NCBI GenBank assembly: GCA_965206595.1
Contig: OZ242214.1
Span: forward strand, 2,304,001-2,368,000
Direction: 5' to 3'
Length of the DNA: 64,000 nucleotides
Origin: Candidatus Latescibacterota bacterium
GTDB lineage: Bacteria; Latescibacterota; UBA2968; UBA8231
This document shows, piece after piece, positions 17,666 through 26,989 of this stretch. The stretch's first letter is position 1. Every line of letters starts with the position of its first letter. The position numbers and the translations under genes were made by a program. The notes below the pieces were generated by a model. It saw only the letters and a list, made by a program, of their open reading frames with translations. It searched no databases and was not told where the DNA came from.

Positions 17666-18850
17666 ATGCTGACCTCAGAGCAATTACTGGCGTTGATGGC
17701 CGACGGTGAATCCGACCGCGTGGAGCTGACTACGTCCACCAGGGACACCGGCAAGTTCGCGGAGGCCATCTGTGCCTTTGCCAACGACTTTCCCAATCAC
17801 CGGCAGCCGGGCTATCTCCTGGTAGGTGTGCAAGACGACGGCATGGCCAGTGGTCTGTCGGTCACTGACAGACTTATGCGGGATCTTGGGGAACTGCGTT
17901 CAAACGTCAACCTCGAACCACTCCCCGTGATGACCGTGCAGAAATACACACTGACAGAAGGGGAAGTAGCCGTGGTGGAGGTGCTGCCATCGGAGCTGCC
18001 TCCCGTCCGCTACAAAGGCAGGGTCTGGATACGGGTCGGGCCTTCCCGGCGCGGGGCGAACCAACAGGAAGAGCGCATTCTCACCGAGAAGCGGACCATG
18101 TTTCAAAGACCCTTCGATGGCCGGCCGTGCCAGGGCTGCACGCTCAACGAACTGGTCCTGGATCTGTTCCTGGTAAGCTACCTTCCGGCGGCGGTGGCTC
18201 GTGACGTTATCGACGAGAACGAGCGAAACACCTCTGAACAAATGGCATCCCTGCGGTTTTACGACCTGACCGCCGACTGTCCGACTAACGCAGCCGCCTT
18301 GCTGTTTGCCAAGAATCCCCTGCACTGGATTCCCGGAGCGTGGGTTCAATTCGTCCGTTGGGCAGGAACGACGATGGCCGACGAACCGATCAGTGACAAG
18401 AGATTCAGCGGCGACTTGCTTACTCTCCTGCGCGAGATCGAAGCGTTCATCTCGGTTCCTGCGCAATCCCATCCGGTGGCGGAATCGGCTCTGCGTGAGC
18501 GGGCTGAGAGCGATTATCCTCCAGTAGCCATTCGAGAGTTGCTGTTGAACGCAATCATGCACCGGTCCTACGAATCAAACGCACCCGTACGGTTTTACTG
18601 GTACGACGACCGCATCGAAATCCAGAATCCGGGGGGCCTGTATGGAATGGCCTCCCCCGAAAACTTCCCGATGCAGACGGATTATCGAAATCCGGTCATA
18701 GCGGAGGCCATGGCGACTTTAGGCTATGTCAACCACTTCGGTCGAGGCGTCATCCGTGCGCAGGATGCCCTGCTGAAAAACGGGAACCCGGAAGCGGAAT
18801 TCACCTTCGAGCCCGCCAACGTGCTGGCTACCATCCGAAGAAAGCCGTGA
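17666..18850 (+). CDS. Schlafen/AlbA_2 domain + HATPase_c_4 protein
   Basis: ICAFAN...GYLLVGVQDDG; YPPVAIRELLLNAIMHRSY; IEIQNPGGL; RNPVIA...GRG. Confidence 0.85.
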   Translation: MLTSEQLLALMADGESDRVELTTSTRDTGKFAEAICAFANDFPNHRQPGYLLVGVQDDGMASGLSVTDRLMRDLGELRSNVNLEPLPVMTVQKYTLTEGEVAVVEVLPSELPPVRYKGRVWIRVGPSRRGANQQEERILTEKRTMFQRPFDGRPCQGCTLNELVLDLFLVSYLPAAVARDVIDENERNTSEQMASLRFYDLTADCPTNAAALLFAKNPLHWIPGAWVQFVRWAGTTMADEPISDKRFSGDLLTLLREIEAFISVPAQSHPVAESALRERAESDYPPVAIRELLLNAIMHRSYESNAPVRFYWYDDRIEIQNPGGLYGMASPENFPMQTDYRNPVIAEAMATLGYVNHFGRGVIRAQDALLKNGNPEAEFTFEPANVLATIRRKP

Positions 18851-19836
18851 AAACCGTCGCTTTCTTCAACAACAAGGGAGGGATCGGCAAAACGACCCTG
18901 GTCTACCACCTCGCCTGGATGTACGCCGACCTCGGTATTTCGGTGGTCGCCGCGGATTTCGACCCGCAGGCAAACCTGAGCGCCATGTTCCTGAGCGACG
19001 ACCGACTCGAGGAGTTGTGGCCCGATGGAGATCATCCGGAAAGTATCCTGGGATCGGTCTCCCCGATTCTTCGCGGTCTCGGTGACATCGACGACCCGTA
19101 CGTAGAGGTAATCCTTGAAAACCTCGGCCTGCTGGTCGGCGACCTGGGTTTGGCTCGATTCGAAGCCAGACTCTCCTCCGCATGGCCCGACTGCATGAGC
19201 CGCGACGAGGCGGCTTTCCGAACCGAGTCCTCTTTTCATCGAGCAATTCTGAAAGCGGTAGAGATCCGGGAAGCCGATCTGGTATTGATCGATGTCGGCC
19301 CCAACCTGGGAGCGATCAACCGCGCGGCCATCATTGCGGCGAACTTCGTCGTCTTCCCGCTTGCCCCGGATCTCTTCTCGCTTCAGGGACTTCGCAACCT
19401 CGGGCCGACTCTGCGCGATTGGCGTAGCGAGTGGCAGGATCGCATGGATCGAGGTCTGGATGACCCGAACCTGCAGCTTCCTTCAGCCGACATGAAGCCG
19501 GCAGGGTATATAGTCATGCAACACGCCGTGCGGTCGGGAAATCCCGTTAAATCATACCAGAGATGGATGACCCGCATTCCCGGCGTCTATCTCAAGGAGG
19601 CCCTCGGGGAAGATGCCCCAGCGGCCTCCTCGACGGATGACGACCCCGAATGCCTGGCCACGCTGAAGCACTATCGCAGCCTGATGCCGATGGCCCAGGA
19701 AGCGCGGAAGCCAATGTTCCTGCTCAAGGCAGCCGATGGCGCTCTCGGTGGTCATATCCACGCCGTGCAGGACTGCTACGCCGACTTCAAGGGACTGGCG
19801 GAATCGATAGCTGACAAGTGCGGAATCCAACGGTAA
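18847..19836 (+). CDS. Orphan ParA/Soj-family ATPase
   Basis: Deviant Walker A NNKGGIGKTT, DFDPQANL, LIDVGPNLG; GTGA overlap with upstream gene. Confidence 0.88.
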   Translation: MKTVAFFNNKGGIGKTTLVYHLAWMYADLGISVVAADFDPQANLSAMFLSDDRLEELWPDGDHPESILGSVSPILRGLGDIDDPYVEVILENLGLLVGDLGLARFEARLSSAWPDCMSRDEAAFRTESSFHRAILKAVEIREADLVLIDVGPNLGAINRAAIIAANFVVFPLAPDLFSLQGLRNLGPTLRDWRSEWQDRMDRGLDDPNLQLPSADMKPAGYIVMQHAVRSGNPVKSYQRWMTRIPGVYLKEALGEDAPAASSTDDDPECLATLKHYRSLMPMAQEARKPMFLLKAADGALGGHIHAVQDCYADFKGLAESIADKCGIQR

Positions 19837-19940
19837 GGGGACCCAGGCCAAATTGCGTATGTCTTTTCGACGAAGGCGAAGTCGGTAGCGCGTTGTTCTG
19901 ACCTGGCGCAGCTGGATCAAAGGAAGGGGTTCAGACCTGG

Positions 19941-21957
19941 CTAGCTGTCGATGATTCTCCGGCGCCCTCTCTCCAACCTGCGCAGCTCCTCGAGGCATCG
20001 AGGCCTGCGGCTGTTCTGCTGTCTCAAGGCGGCCAGGTACTCTTCCCATTCCCCCTTGCGACGGTTCCGGGTGAGTGCATCCCTGACCTTGCGCAGATAG
20101 GGCACCGACGCCTGATAGCCGCTCGCCTTTACCAGGGCGATATGTTTCTCGGCGATTTCCTTCCAGATTGCCACCGCCCGGTCCGGATGGGGATTCCACG
20201 GCCATGGCCACCTCGTTGCCGTGGGAGAAGTCATACAGCCAGGACGCCCCTTTCTTTCGGCTGGAATGATCGTACCACTTCAGGACCTCGTTCGGCTTCT
20301 TCTCGGCTATGGCCAACTGGATCAGCACCCCGGTCACAGGCGCCTCGGTCGTCCTCGGAGGTGCAGGCACCTCGACTTCACAGGCCGGCAGGGGCCAGTC
20401 CATCCCGGGGTCGCTCTTCCGTCTTCTGCCGGCACCAGGCCGCCGGCCGGTTTCCAGGTAATGCCGCCCCCAGGCCTCGACCCCCTTGCCGATGCGCGCC
20501 TTGCGGGCGGCCCTGCACAAGACCTGGAAACCGGCAAGGCTGGGCTCGGCAAAAAACTCCTCCGCCTGAATGGCCAGCCCGGAGAGAGGATTGCCGCTGC
20601 GCTGGTTGATCGTCTGCAGCTGCCGGCGCAGCCTTGCCTGGAGGCCGGAATACTTGGAGGGAACCGTCTTGATCCCCTGCCGGCACCAGCGCCGGGCATC
20701 CTCCCAGCGGCGCCCGGCCATCAGGCGATCCACCAGGCGATTGTAACTGAAGGTGATCGGCGCCTCGCGCTCGCACAGAGGGATGATCTCCTTCCGGCGG
20801 CCGGCATTTTCCAGGGCGATAATCAGCCAGTTGGCGATGCGGTCCCGACTGACGTGGGACGAAAAATCATCCTCTCGGGGAGTGGGCTCATCGGCTTCGG
20901 GACGCCGCTCCAGACGGTCGCTCACCTCGGACCAATCGCTCCTGGCGTAGCCTTTCTTCCAGAAATTTCCCAGGCCGGCGTCACACAAGTCGTAGGCGTC
21001 GGCCAGCGCCATATCCAGGGCCCATTCTATCCGGTCCGCCGGCGACAGGGCAGTCGCATCCAGGGCCTGGAAAAGGAGATTGAGGCAGGCGCTGATGGCA
21101 TAGCCTGACTCTCCCTCGTGCTCGTACTCCACCGCCCGGGTGCCGGCGGCCAGAAGCTCCGGCCCCAGTCGCACCGCGGCGTCGGCCTGCCCGGCTTCTA
21201 CCAGCGCTTTGAGCGCCGCTTCGAGACGATCCGTACTGGCCGCAGGCACCCCGTAGCCATCGCCTTCCCATACCGGTTCCTCCAGGGCAGCGATCTCGCG
21301 GCGGATCGTTTGCAGGATCTGGTCCGTCTTCCCCGAGGCCAGGTTGCGGCGATCCTCGAGCGATTGGAGCACCTCGTCGTGCGCTTCGGCGAGTTCCATC
21401 ACCAGCGCCACGAGTTCGGCCTTGGTCTGCTTTTGAAGATGCGCGCGCAGGGAAGAGGACCGGGATTGCCCGGGCCTCGAACTCCTTGAACCCGTCTCGA
21501 CGTTCTCTTCCTCCTCTTCCCAGTCTTCCTCGTACTCCTCGATATCGAATTCCTCCAGCTCTCCGAACCCCTCCTCGATCGCATCCAACTGCAGCAGGCG
21601 CGGATCGTCCTCCTCCACCCGCCCGATGGCCGTTTTGTTTTTGATGTTTTCCAGGTATCCCAGCACTACGGCCACCGCGTGTTTGCACGTCGTCCAGTAG
21701 GGACAGGTACATTCGGACTGGAGATTCTTCCTTCCCTCGATGCGCACCCGGGTGGCATAGCGCCGGCTTCCCAGAACCCAGGCGACAAGCGCCCTGTCTT
21801 CGGCGCGCCTCAAATCCTCGACAGCCTGGCTTTCCAGATAGAATTGCCCCCGGGCGACGATGCGATTGCCCGCCCAATTTTCCACATCTTCCCACCTGAG
21901 CGATGAGAAGGGATCAACAGGTTTTTTCGGTTTGGTCTTTTTCTTTCGGGGAGCCAT
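19941..21957 (-). CDS. SWIM zinc-finger protein with helical C-terminus, frameshift near 20190
   Basis: CTCPYWTTCKH SWIM motif; frame changes after VAMAVES and resumes as HPDRAVAIWK... to stop at 19941. Confidence 0.8.
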
Positions 21958-21966
21958 CTCGTTCAG

Positions 21967-24900
21967 TTATCCATTCAAAATCGGAGCAAACTTCCCGGTC
22001 TCCACGGGACGCCATTCCCCATTTTCCGAATCACCACTGCCTTCGCACTCTATTCCCATCCAGCAGAGAAGCTCGATTTCCTCTTGCTCGATCGGGGGTA
22101 ATGGCGGCGGCGGTGCTGTTGGTTCGAGTCCGGTTTCGATGATCTGATCGATCAGGAATCGGGAAAGCGAGGCGCCTTCGTGTTCGCCCGATTCGAACCA
22201 CCCCCGCAGCATGATCTCCTCCCGGCGCGGCCAGGGCGACTCCAGAACGTCGAGCGCCCGGTTCACGCGCTCCTCCGGCACATTCAGCGGCTGATATGTG
22301 CGGATGTGCTCGGCCACCCGATGATTCAGCGGCCGCACCGAAGGTTGCAAGTTCGCGGGGTCGGTTTCGCGCATCCAACTGGACCAGATGTCGTATTGGG
22401 CCACTACCCAGAAATCATAAACCGATTCACGGAGCTCATCGGGATACCAGGCCGGCGTTTCCTCATCGCATTCGATGAGTCGAAGACAGGTCCCAAGCTC
22501 GCTCTCGATTTGGTCGCTGCCGGTCTCGGGCCTCCACTCGCCATCTGCCGGAATGAACCGGAGATACGTTCGTTCGAACTCGGTCTCCGCACCCACTACC
22601 GCGCAGAAAAACATGCCGCGTTTTGTTCCCTTGATCATGCCTGATCCGATTTTCCAGGGCAGCCGGGCAATGCGGTCCCGGTTCGCCTCGAGCGCCTTGC
22701 GGAGCGTCTGGCGATACTCCTCGCCCGTCTGAGCGGCGCCAGCGCTTCCTCCTCGCTCGAAAAGCGAGGCGTCTTCCCTCATCAGCTTCTCGATCTCTTC
22801 ACGCGCTTCGGTGAATACCTGCTCACCGTGCGCTCCGCCCTCTATCGGTGCCGCAACTCCCACGCTCGCCGCCGCCAATGCCAGTTTGCCCAGGATCCGT
22901 TTTTCCAGGTTCAGAAGCTCATCGAGGCGGTCGACCGGAAAGATCGTTCGCAGAAAAACCTGGTTGTGGGGACTGCCGATCCTATCGATACGGCCGTGCC
23001 TCTGCACCAGCCGCATCGGATTCCAAGGCATGTCGAAATTGATGATGTGCCGGCATTGCTGAAGGTTTACGCCCTCGGCGAGAACATCCGTCGCGATCAT
23101 GAGGTCGTAGAGATCGGCGTCTTGTCCCGCCGGCGCTTCCATCGAAACCGGCGCGAAGCCCTGGACTGCGCGCTGCCGGGATGGCTCGTCCAAATCCCCC
23201 GAGCCGCTGACCGCGGCTATGCGGTTCCTGTACGGTGCAAGCCCTTCCTGCTCTTCAACTTCCTCCCTCAGGAAGTCCCGAATCCACTCGACAGTGTCGG
23301 CGAAGAACGAGAACACCAGCACCTTGCGTTTTTGCGCTTCGTCGGCGCCATCCGTCGCTTCGCGCTCCGCCTGTTGGGCGACTACAACCAGCGCATCCCT
23401 CAAGGATTTCAGTTTGGGGTCGCGGTCCGGGGTAATCGACCGCGCCTCTTCGGCGAGACGGCGGAGCAGATCGCGGTCCCGCTTCACCGCCTCGCGAAGC
23501 CTGGCGACATCGTAGATCTCCGCATCCCTGCTGTTTTCGGTGGCGTTCAGCAGGTCTTCGAACACGGTTTCGTCGTCACCCGAAATCTCCTGCATGAAGG
23601 CAGTGGTAACGACGTATCCGGCATCCAACGCTTGCAGAAAGGTGTCGTGCTCTCCCGCCATCTTTTCAACGGTTTTGCAGAAAGCGAAGGAGGAGGACTC
23701 GAACCGCTTGAGTAGTCCGGAGCGCAAAAGCCCCACCATGGCCCTTCCGCGCGCATTTTCGGAGTCGTCGCCCTCCTGAAGGCAGGCATCCGGCATGTAC
23801 CGTGCGAAGGAGAGACCTCCATCCCCGTCCGAATCGAGCGCCTCTTCCAACCGATCGAAGAAACCCGGCAACCTGTCTTCAAGCTCGTAGCGGACGCTTA
23901 TCGCCCTGGGCTGGGGAAACACGATCGGCTGGGGCCTGCCGTCCGGGCCGGTGATGGTATCTCCGGCATAGTGCTTTTTGACGAACTGCCGGGTCCGTTT
24001 CACCGTCGTCGCGTCGATGACCGGATAAAGCACATCGGGGCTCAGACTGGAGGGGTCCACCCGCATGGCCTCTTCGAAGCGTTCGCGGATCGAGAGAATG
24101 CCGCGTCCTGCGAGGTGGGCGTCCTGGCGGAGAAAGAAGCGCAGCAGGTGATACAGATCCCACAGCGAGTTGTTGACCGGCGTTGCGGTCAGAAGGAGGA
24201 GGTCCCTCCTGCGCCCGAAGAGCAGGCGGCGCAACACGCCTGCCCGCGTCGGGGCATCGGGGTTCCGGTAATTGTGAGCCTCGTCGACGATGACGAGCTG
24301 ATACTCGTCCAGCGGGCGTTGAAGATGAGCCTGGTCCGCATTCGGACGCTGCCTGTCGCGAAGCTGTATGTCGTTTGCGAGTTGCTCGAAGGACAGGTAT
24401 TCGACATAAAGCTGAAACTCGTTCAGGAACTTCATCCACATCCCATCCCTCAGCGCCGCCGGGCATACGAGCAGCGCCCGCTGCCGCCGTTCCCGGTAGA
24501 GCTGAAGGATTTCGCCGGCGATGAAGGTTTTTCCAAGACCCACTTCGTCTGCGACAATGACCCCTCCGGTATCGCGGATCAGCCGCAGCGCGCGGGCGAC
24601 GCCGTGCTTCTGAAAGCTCGTCAGCGGCAGGTTCTCATCAGCTTTGGCGTCCCCTTCGACTTCATCGCCGTAGAGCTGCCACAGGACCCGGATGAAAATC
24701 TCCCAGGGCGTCCGAGGCTCGAACACGACTTCGAAGAGACCGGCCAAATCGTAGGGCTCGGCCTCTTCCCAGAGATCGTTGAACCAGTTCCTTGCTTCCT
24801 GAACGACCGGGCCGTCATAACGTCCGAGATTGAGTTCCAGGTTTTGAGTCAGGCCGGCGCCCGTCAGGTTGGAGGAGCCGGCGATGATTCCTTCAGGCTT

Positions 24901-25389
24901 GTTTAAGCTGTCGTCCTGGGAGTTGAAGATGTAAGCCTTGGCGTGCAGGAACGCCTTCTCGTAGCGCCTCACTTCCAAATTGCCGGCGCGCAGTGCCGCG
25001 ATCAGCTTGGCCAGCGCCACGCCGTTGGTGCGGTTGAACGGCAGGTGATCCCGATCCCGCGCCAAGCCGTCGGTCATGCTCCGCAAGCCAGCCTCGATCT
25101 GCCTTCGTTCGAACCACTCCTGCGTCTCGTCCAGCCGCTTGCGGTGCTCCAGCGCCCCCGCCGCCAGGTCCGCTCCAAGCAGCAGGCGAACCTCGGGGAT
25201 TTCCTCCAGTTGATCTGCGATATGTGCGAAACCGGTCGGGCTGAAGAAGGCGGTGGCAATGCTTACCTGATCGGGCTTCTCGGTGGGCTCCCCCACCTGG
25301 GACTCGGGCGGAACACCCAGCAGCGAACCCAGGGCCTGTGCCAGGGTGTTGCCGTCACGGTTGTCGATGAAGGAAGGCTGGCGGTTCAT
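21967..25389 (-). CDS. PLD-nuclease domain + SNF2-family helicase fusion
   Basis: LHAKAY...GSSNLT...NLELN (HKD-type); ADEVGLGKT, DEAH, TATP, EGVNLQ, QRHGRIDRIG. Confidence 0.9.
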   Translation of the reverse strand: MNRQPSFIDNRDGNTLAQALGSLLGVPPESQVGEPTEKPDQVSIATAFFSPTGFAHIADQLEEIPEVRLLLGADLAAGALEHRKRLDETQEWFERRQIEAGLRSMTDGLARDRDHLPFNRTNGVALAKLIAALRAGNLEVRRYEKAFLHAKAYIFNSQDDSLNKPEGIIAGSSNLTGAGLTQNLELNLGRYDGPVVQEARNWFNDLWEEAEPYDLAGLFEVVFEPRTPWEIFIRVLWQLYGDEVEGDAKADENLPLTSFQKHGVARALRLIRDTGGVIVADEVGLGKTFIAGEILQLYRERRQRALLVCPAALRDGMWMKFLNEFQLYVEYLSFEQLANDIQLRDRQRPNADQAHLQRPLDEYQLVIVDEAHNYRNPDAPTRAGVLRRLLFGRRRDLLLLTATPVNNSLWDLYHLLRFFLRQDAHLAGRGILSIRERFEEAMRVDPSSLSPDVLYPVIDATTVKRTRQFVKKHYAGDTITGPDGRPQPIVFPQPRAISVRYELEDRLPGFFDRLEEALDSDGDGGLSFARYMPDACLQEGDDSENARGRAMVGLLRSGLLKRFESSSFAFCKTVEKMAGEHDTFLQALDAGYVVTTAFMQEISGDDETVFEDLLNATENSRDAEIYDVARLREAVKRDRDLLRRLAEEARSITPDRDPKLKSLRDALVVVAQQAEREATDGADEAQKRKVLVFSFFADTVEWIRDFLREEVEEQEGLAPYRNRIAAVSGSGDLDEPSRQRAVQGFAPVSMEAPAGQDADLYDLMIATDVLAEGVNLQQCRHIINFDMPWNPMRLVQRHGRIDRIGSPHNQVFLRTIFPVDRLDELLNLEKRILGKLALAAASVGVAAPIEGGAHGEQVFTEAREEIEKLMREDASLFERGGSAGAAQTGEEYRQTLRKALEANRDRIARLPWKIGSGMIKGTKRGMFFCAVVGAETEFERTYLRFIPADGEWRPETGSDQIESELGTCLRLIECDEETPAWYPDELRESVYDFWVVAQYDIWSSWMRETDPANLQPSVRPLNHRVAEHIRTYQPLNVPEERVNRALDVLESPWPRREEIMLRGWFESGEHEGASLSRFLIDQIIETGLEPTAPPPPLPPIEQEEIELLCWMGIECEGSGDSENGEWRPVETGKFAPILNG

Positions 25390-25840
25390 GAAGTTGCCTC
25401 CAGAACAAACCGCACCTGTTCCCGGCGCAGCATTTCATACGGTGTCGGACACTTGATCCCGAGACCGATGCAGACGTTGGGAATCTTGATCCTCTTCTTG
25501 GACGAAGACGGGATCTCGTGGGTGACCACCTCATAGCCGCCGGCAAGTGCGTGGGCAATCAGGTAGTAGTCAGCTACCTGAAGGAATGTGTCGATGGCGG
25601 TGGGCTGGTAGTTCTGGCTGTTGGCCCAATCCGACACTTTTCCAAGTGCTTCGAGCACCTCGGGCGTCGGCGCGAGAAAGAAACCTTCGCTGCGCTTCTT
25701 TCCCCATTCGGCAAGCTCGTCGTCTCCAGCCCCTGCGCGTTGGCCTGGATCAGCCAGTCCCAGAAACCGGGACAGAGGTCGAAGCCGTAGTGCAGGTTCT
25801 TGGCGCGTATGAAAACATCGGCGTCAAGGAGATACGCCAT
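25386..25840 (-). pseudogene. DUF4411 (PIN-like) protein, broken by apparent short deletion/frameshift near 25730
   Basis: YLLDADVFI.AKN.HY.FD.CPGFWDWL in one frame; DDELAEW...ADYYLIAHA...VVTHE...IKIPNVC in another. Confidence 0.8.
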
Positions 25841-26989
25841 TCAAGAACCCACTTGCAGGCTTGCGGCGAACTCGCGCAACGTGGCTGTCTTCTTGATACC
25901 CAGAAGACGGAAGGACTCGGAGAAAGAAGTCCTTCCCCCCAAGGTGCTAGTGACAAGTGCGCGCCCGAACCGTAGGCCTACACGCCCCTTCAGAGTCGGA
26001 TGGAAGTTGCCGCCGCCTGCCGTTGTAATGGACAGTATGCGATCCAGCTCTTGCTGGTAGGCAACAGCGAACTCGCCGCGGTCGATTGCGCGGATGTCGA
26101 AAATCCGGCGAAGAACGACAAGGGTGCTCACCTTGAAATGGCGGGCCAGCCGGTTCAGCTGAGTTGGCAGATCCTCCCCCTCTCGATATGCATCCCATAG
26201 CGTCGTCTGGGGAACGAGAAGCTCAGCGGCGACGCGGTTACACCAGACCTCTATTTCGTGAGATGGGGCCGAGACTGGGTCCAGGTCCGAGAGCGCGGAC
26301 TCTCCGAGCCAGATGTGGGCAAGTTCGTGAGCCAGCGTGAACATCTGCGCGGCCTTGGTATCGGCGCCGTTGATGAAGATGAGAGGGGCGAGGTCGTCAG
26401 CGAGGGCGAAGCCTCGGAACTCCTCCGGATCGAGCTTGCGGCGGGTGTTGTTACCGACTATGCCGTTTACCATCACCAGCACGCCCAGGGAGTCGGCCAG
26501 CTCGATGAAGCGCCGGAGCGCCTCATTCCAGTCCGGCAGTCTTCGGCGTTCCTCCAGATCGAAACCCAACGCCGTCCTTATCCCGGCGGCAGTGGACTGG
26601 GGGTCGCTCGCCACCGTTGCCGAGCCGACGAAGGTCAGCGGATCCTCCCCTTCCATGCGGGCGTATTCCCGGTACCAGTCCTGCCTTTGTTGACAGAGAT
26701 ACACGGTGTCCAGCAGGTCGACGCTGGGGTGGGCGATAAAGCGATTGCCGACAGTACGCAGATCGGGTATCGGGACTGCTTCCTGGAGTGGCTCAGAAAG
26801 GAAGAAAGAGCCGATCGGCGCATGGGTCGCTTTAGCCAGTTGTTCGAGTTGTTTGAACGTCGGCTGTTTTTCCCCGCTCTCCCACTCGCGGTACTTGGGA
26901 AAGCGCTTGACCAGTGCGTCCGGCTCGATCCCCGCCCGCTCGCGCGCCCAGCGAAACAGCTCCGGTTTCACTTCGACACGCAGGGTCAT
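25841..26989 (-). CDS. HTH + ImmA/IrrE (M78) metallopeptidase
   Basis: N-terminal WESGEKQPTFKQL HTH; FTLAHELAH (HEXXH); EVWCNRVAAELL. Confidence 0.9.
   Translation of the reverse strand: MTLRVEVKPELFRWARERAGIEPDALVKRFPKYREWESGEKQPTFKQLEQLAKATHAPIGSFFLSEPLQEAVPIPDLRTVGNRFIAHPSVDLLDTVYLCQQRQDWYREYARMEGEDPLTFVGSATVASDPQSTAAGIRTALGFDLEERRRLPDWNEALRRFIELADSLGVLVMVNGIVGNNTRRKLDPEEFRGFALADDLAPLIFINGADTKAAQMFTLAHELAHIWLGESALSDLDPVSAPSHEIEVWCNRVAAELLVPQTTLWDAYREGEDLPTQLNRLARHFKVSTLVVLRRIFDIRAIDRGEFAVAYQQELDRILSITTAGGGNFHPTLKGRVGLRFGRALVTSTLGGRTSFSESFRLLGIKKTATLREFAASLQVGS

Noticed and set aside
18847-19836. Chromosome or plasmid partition locus
   Set aside because: No ParB, parS or replication gene nearby
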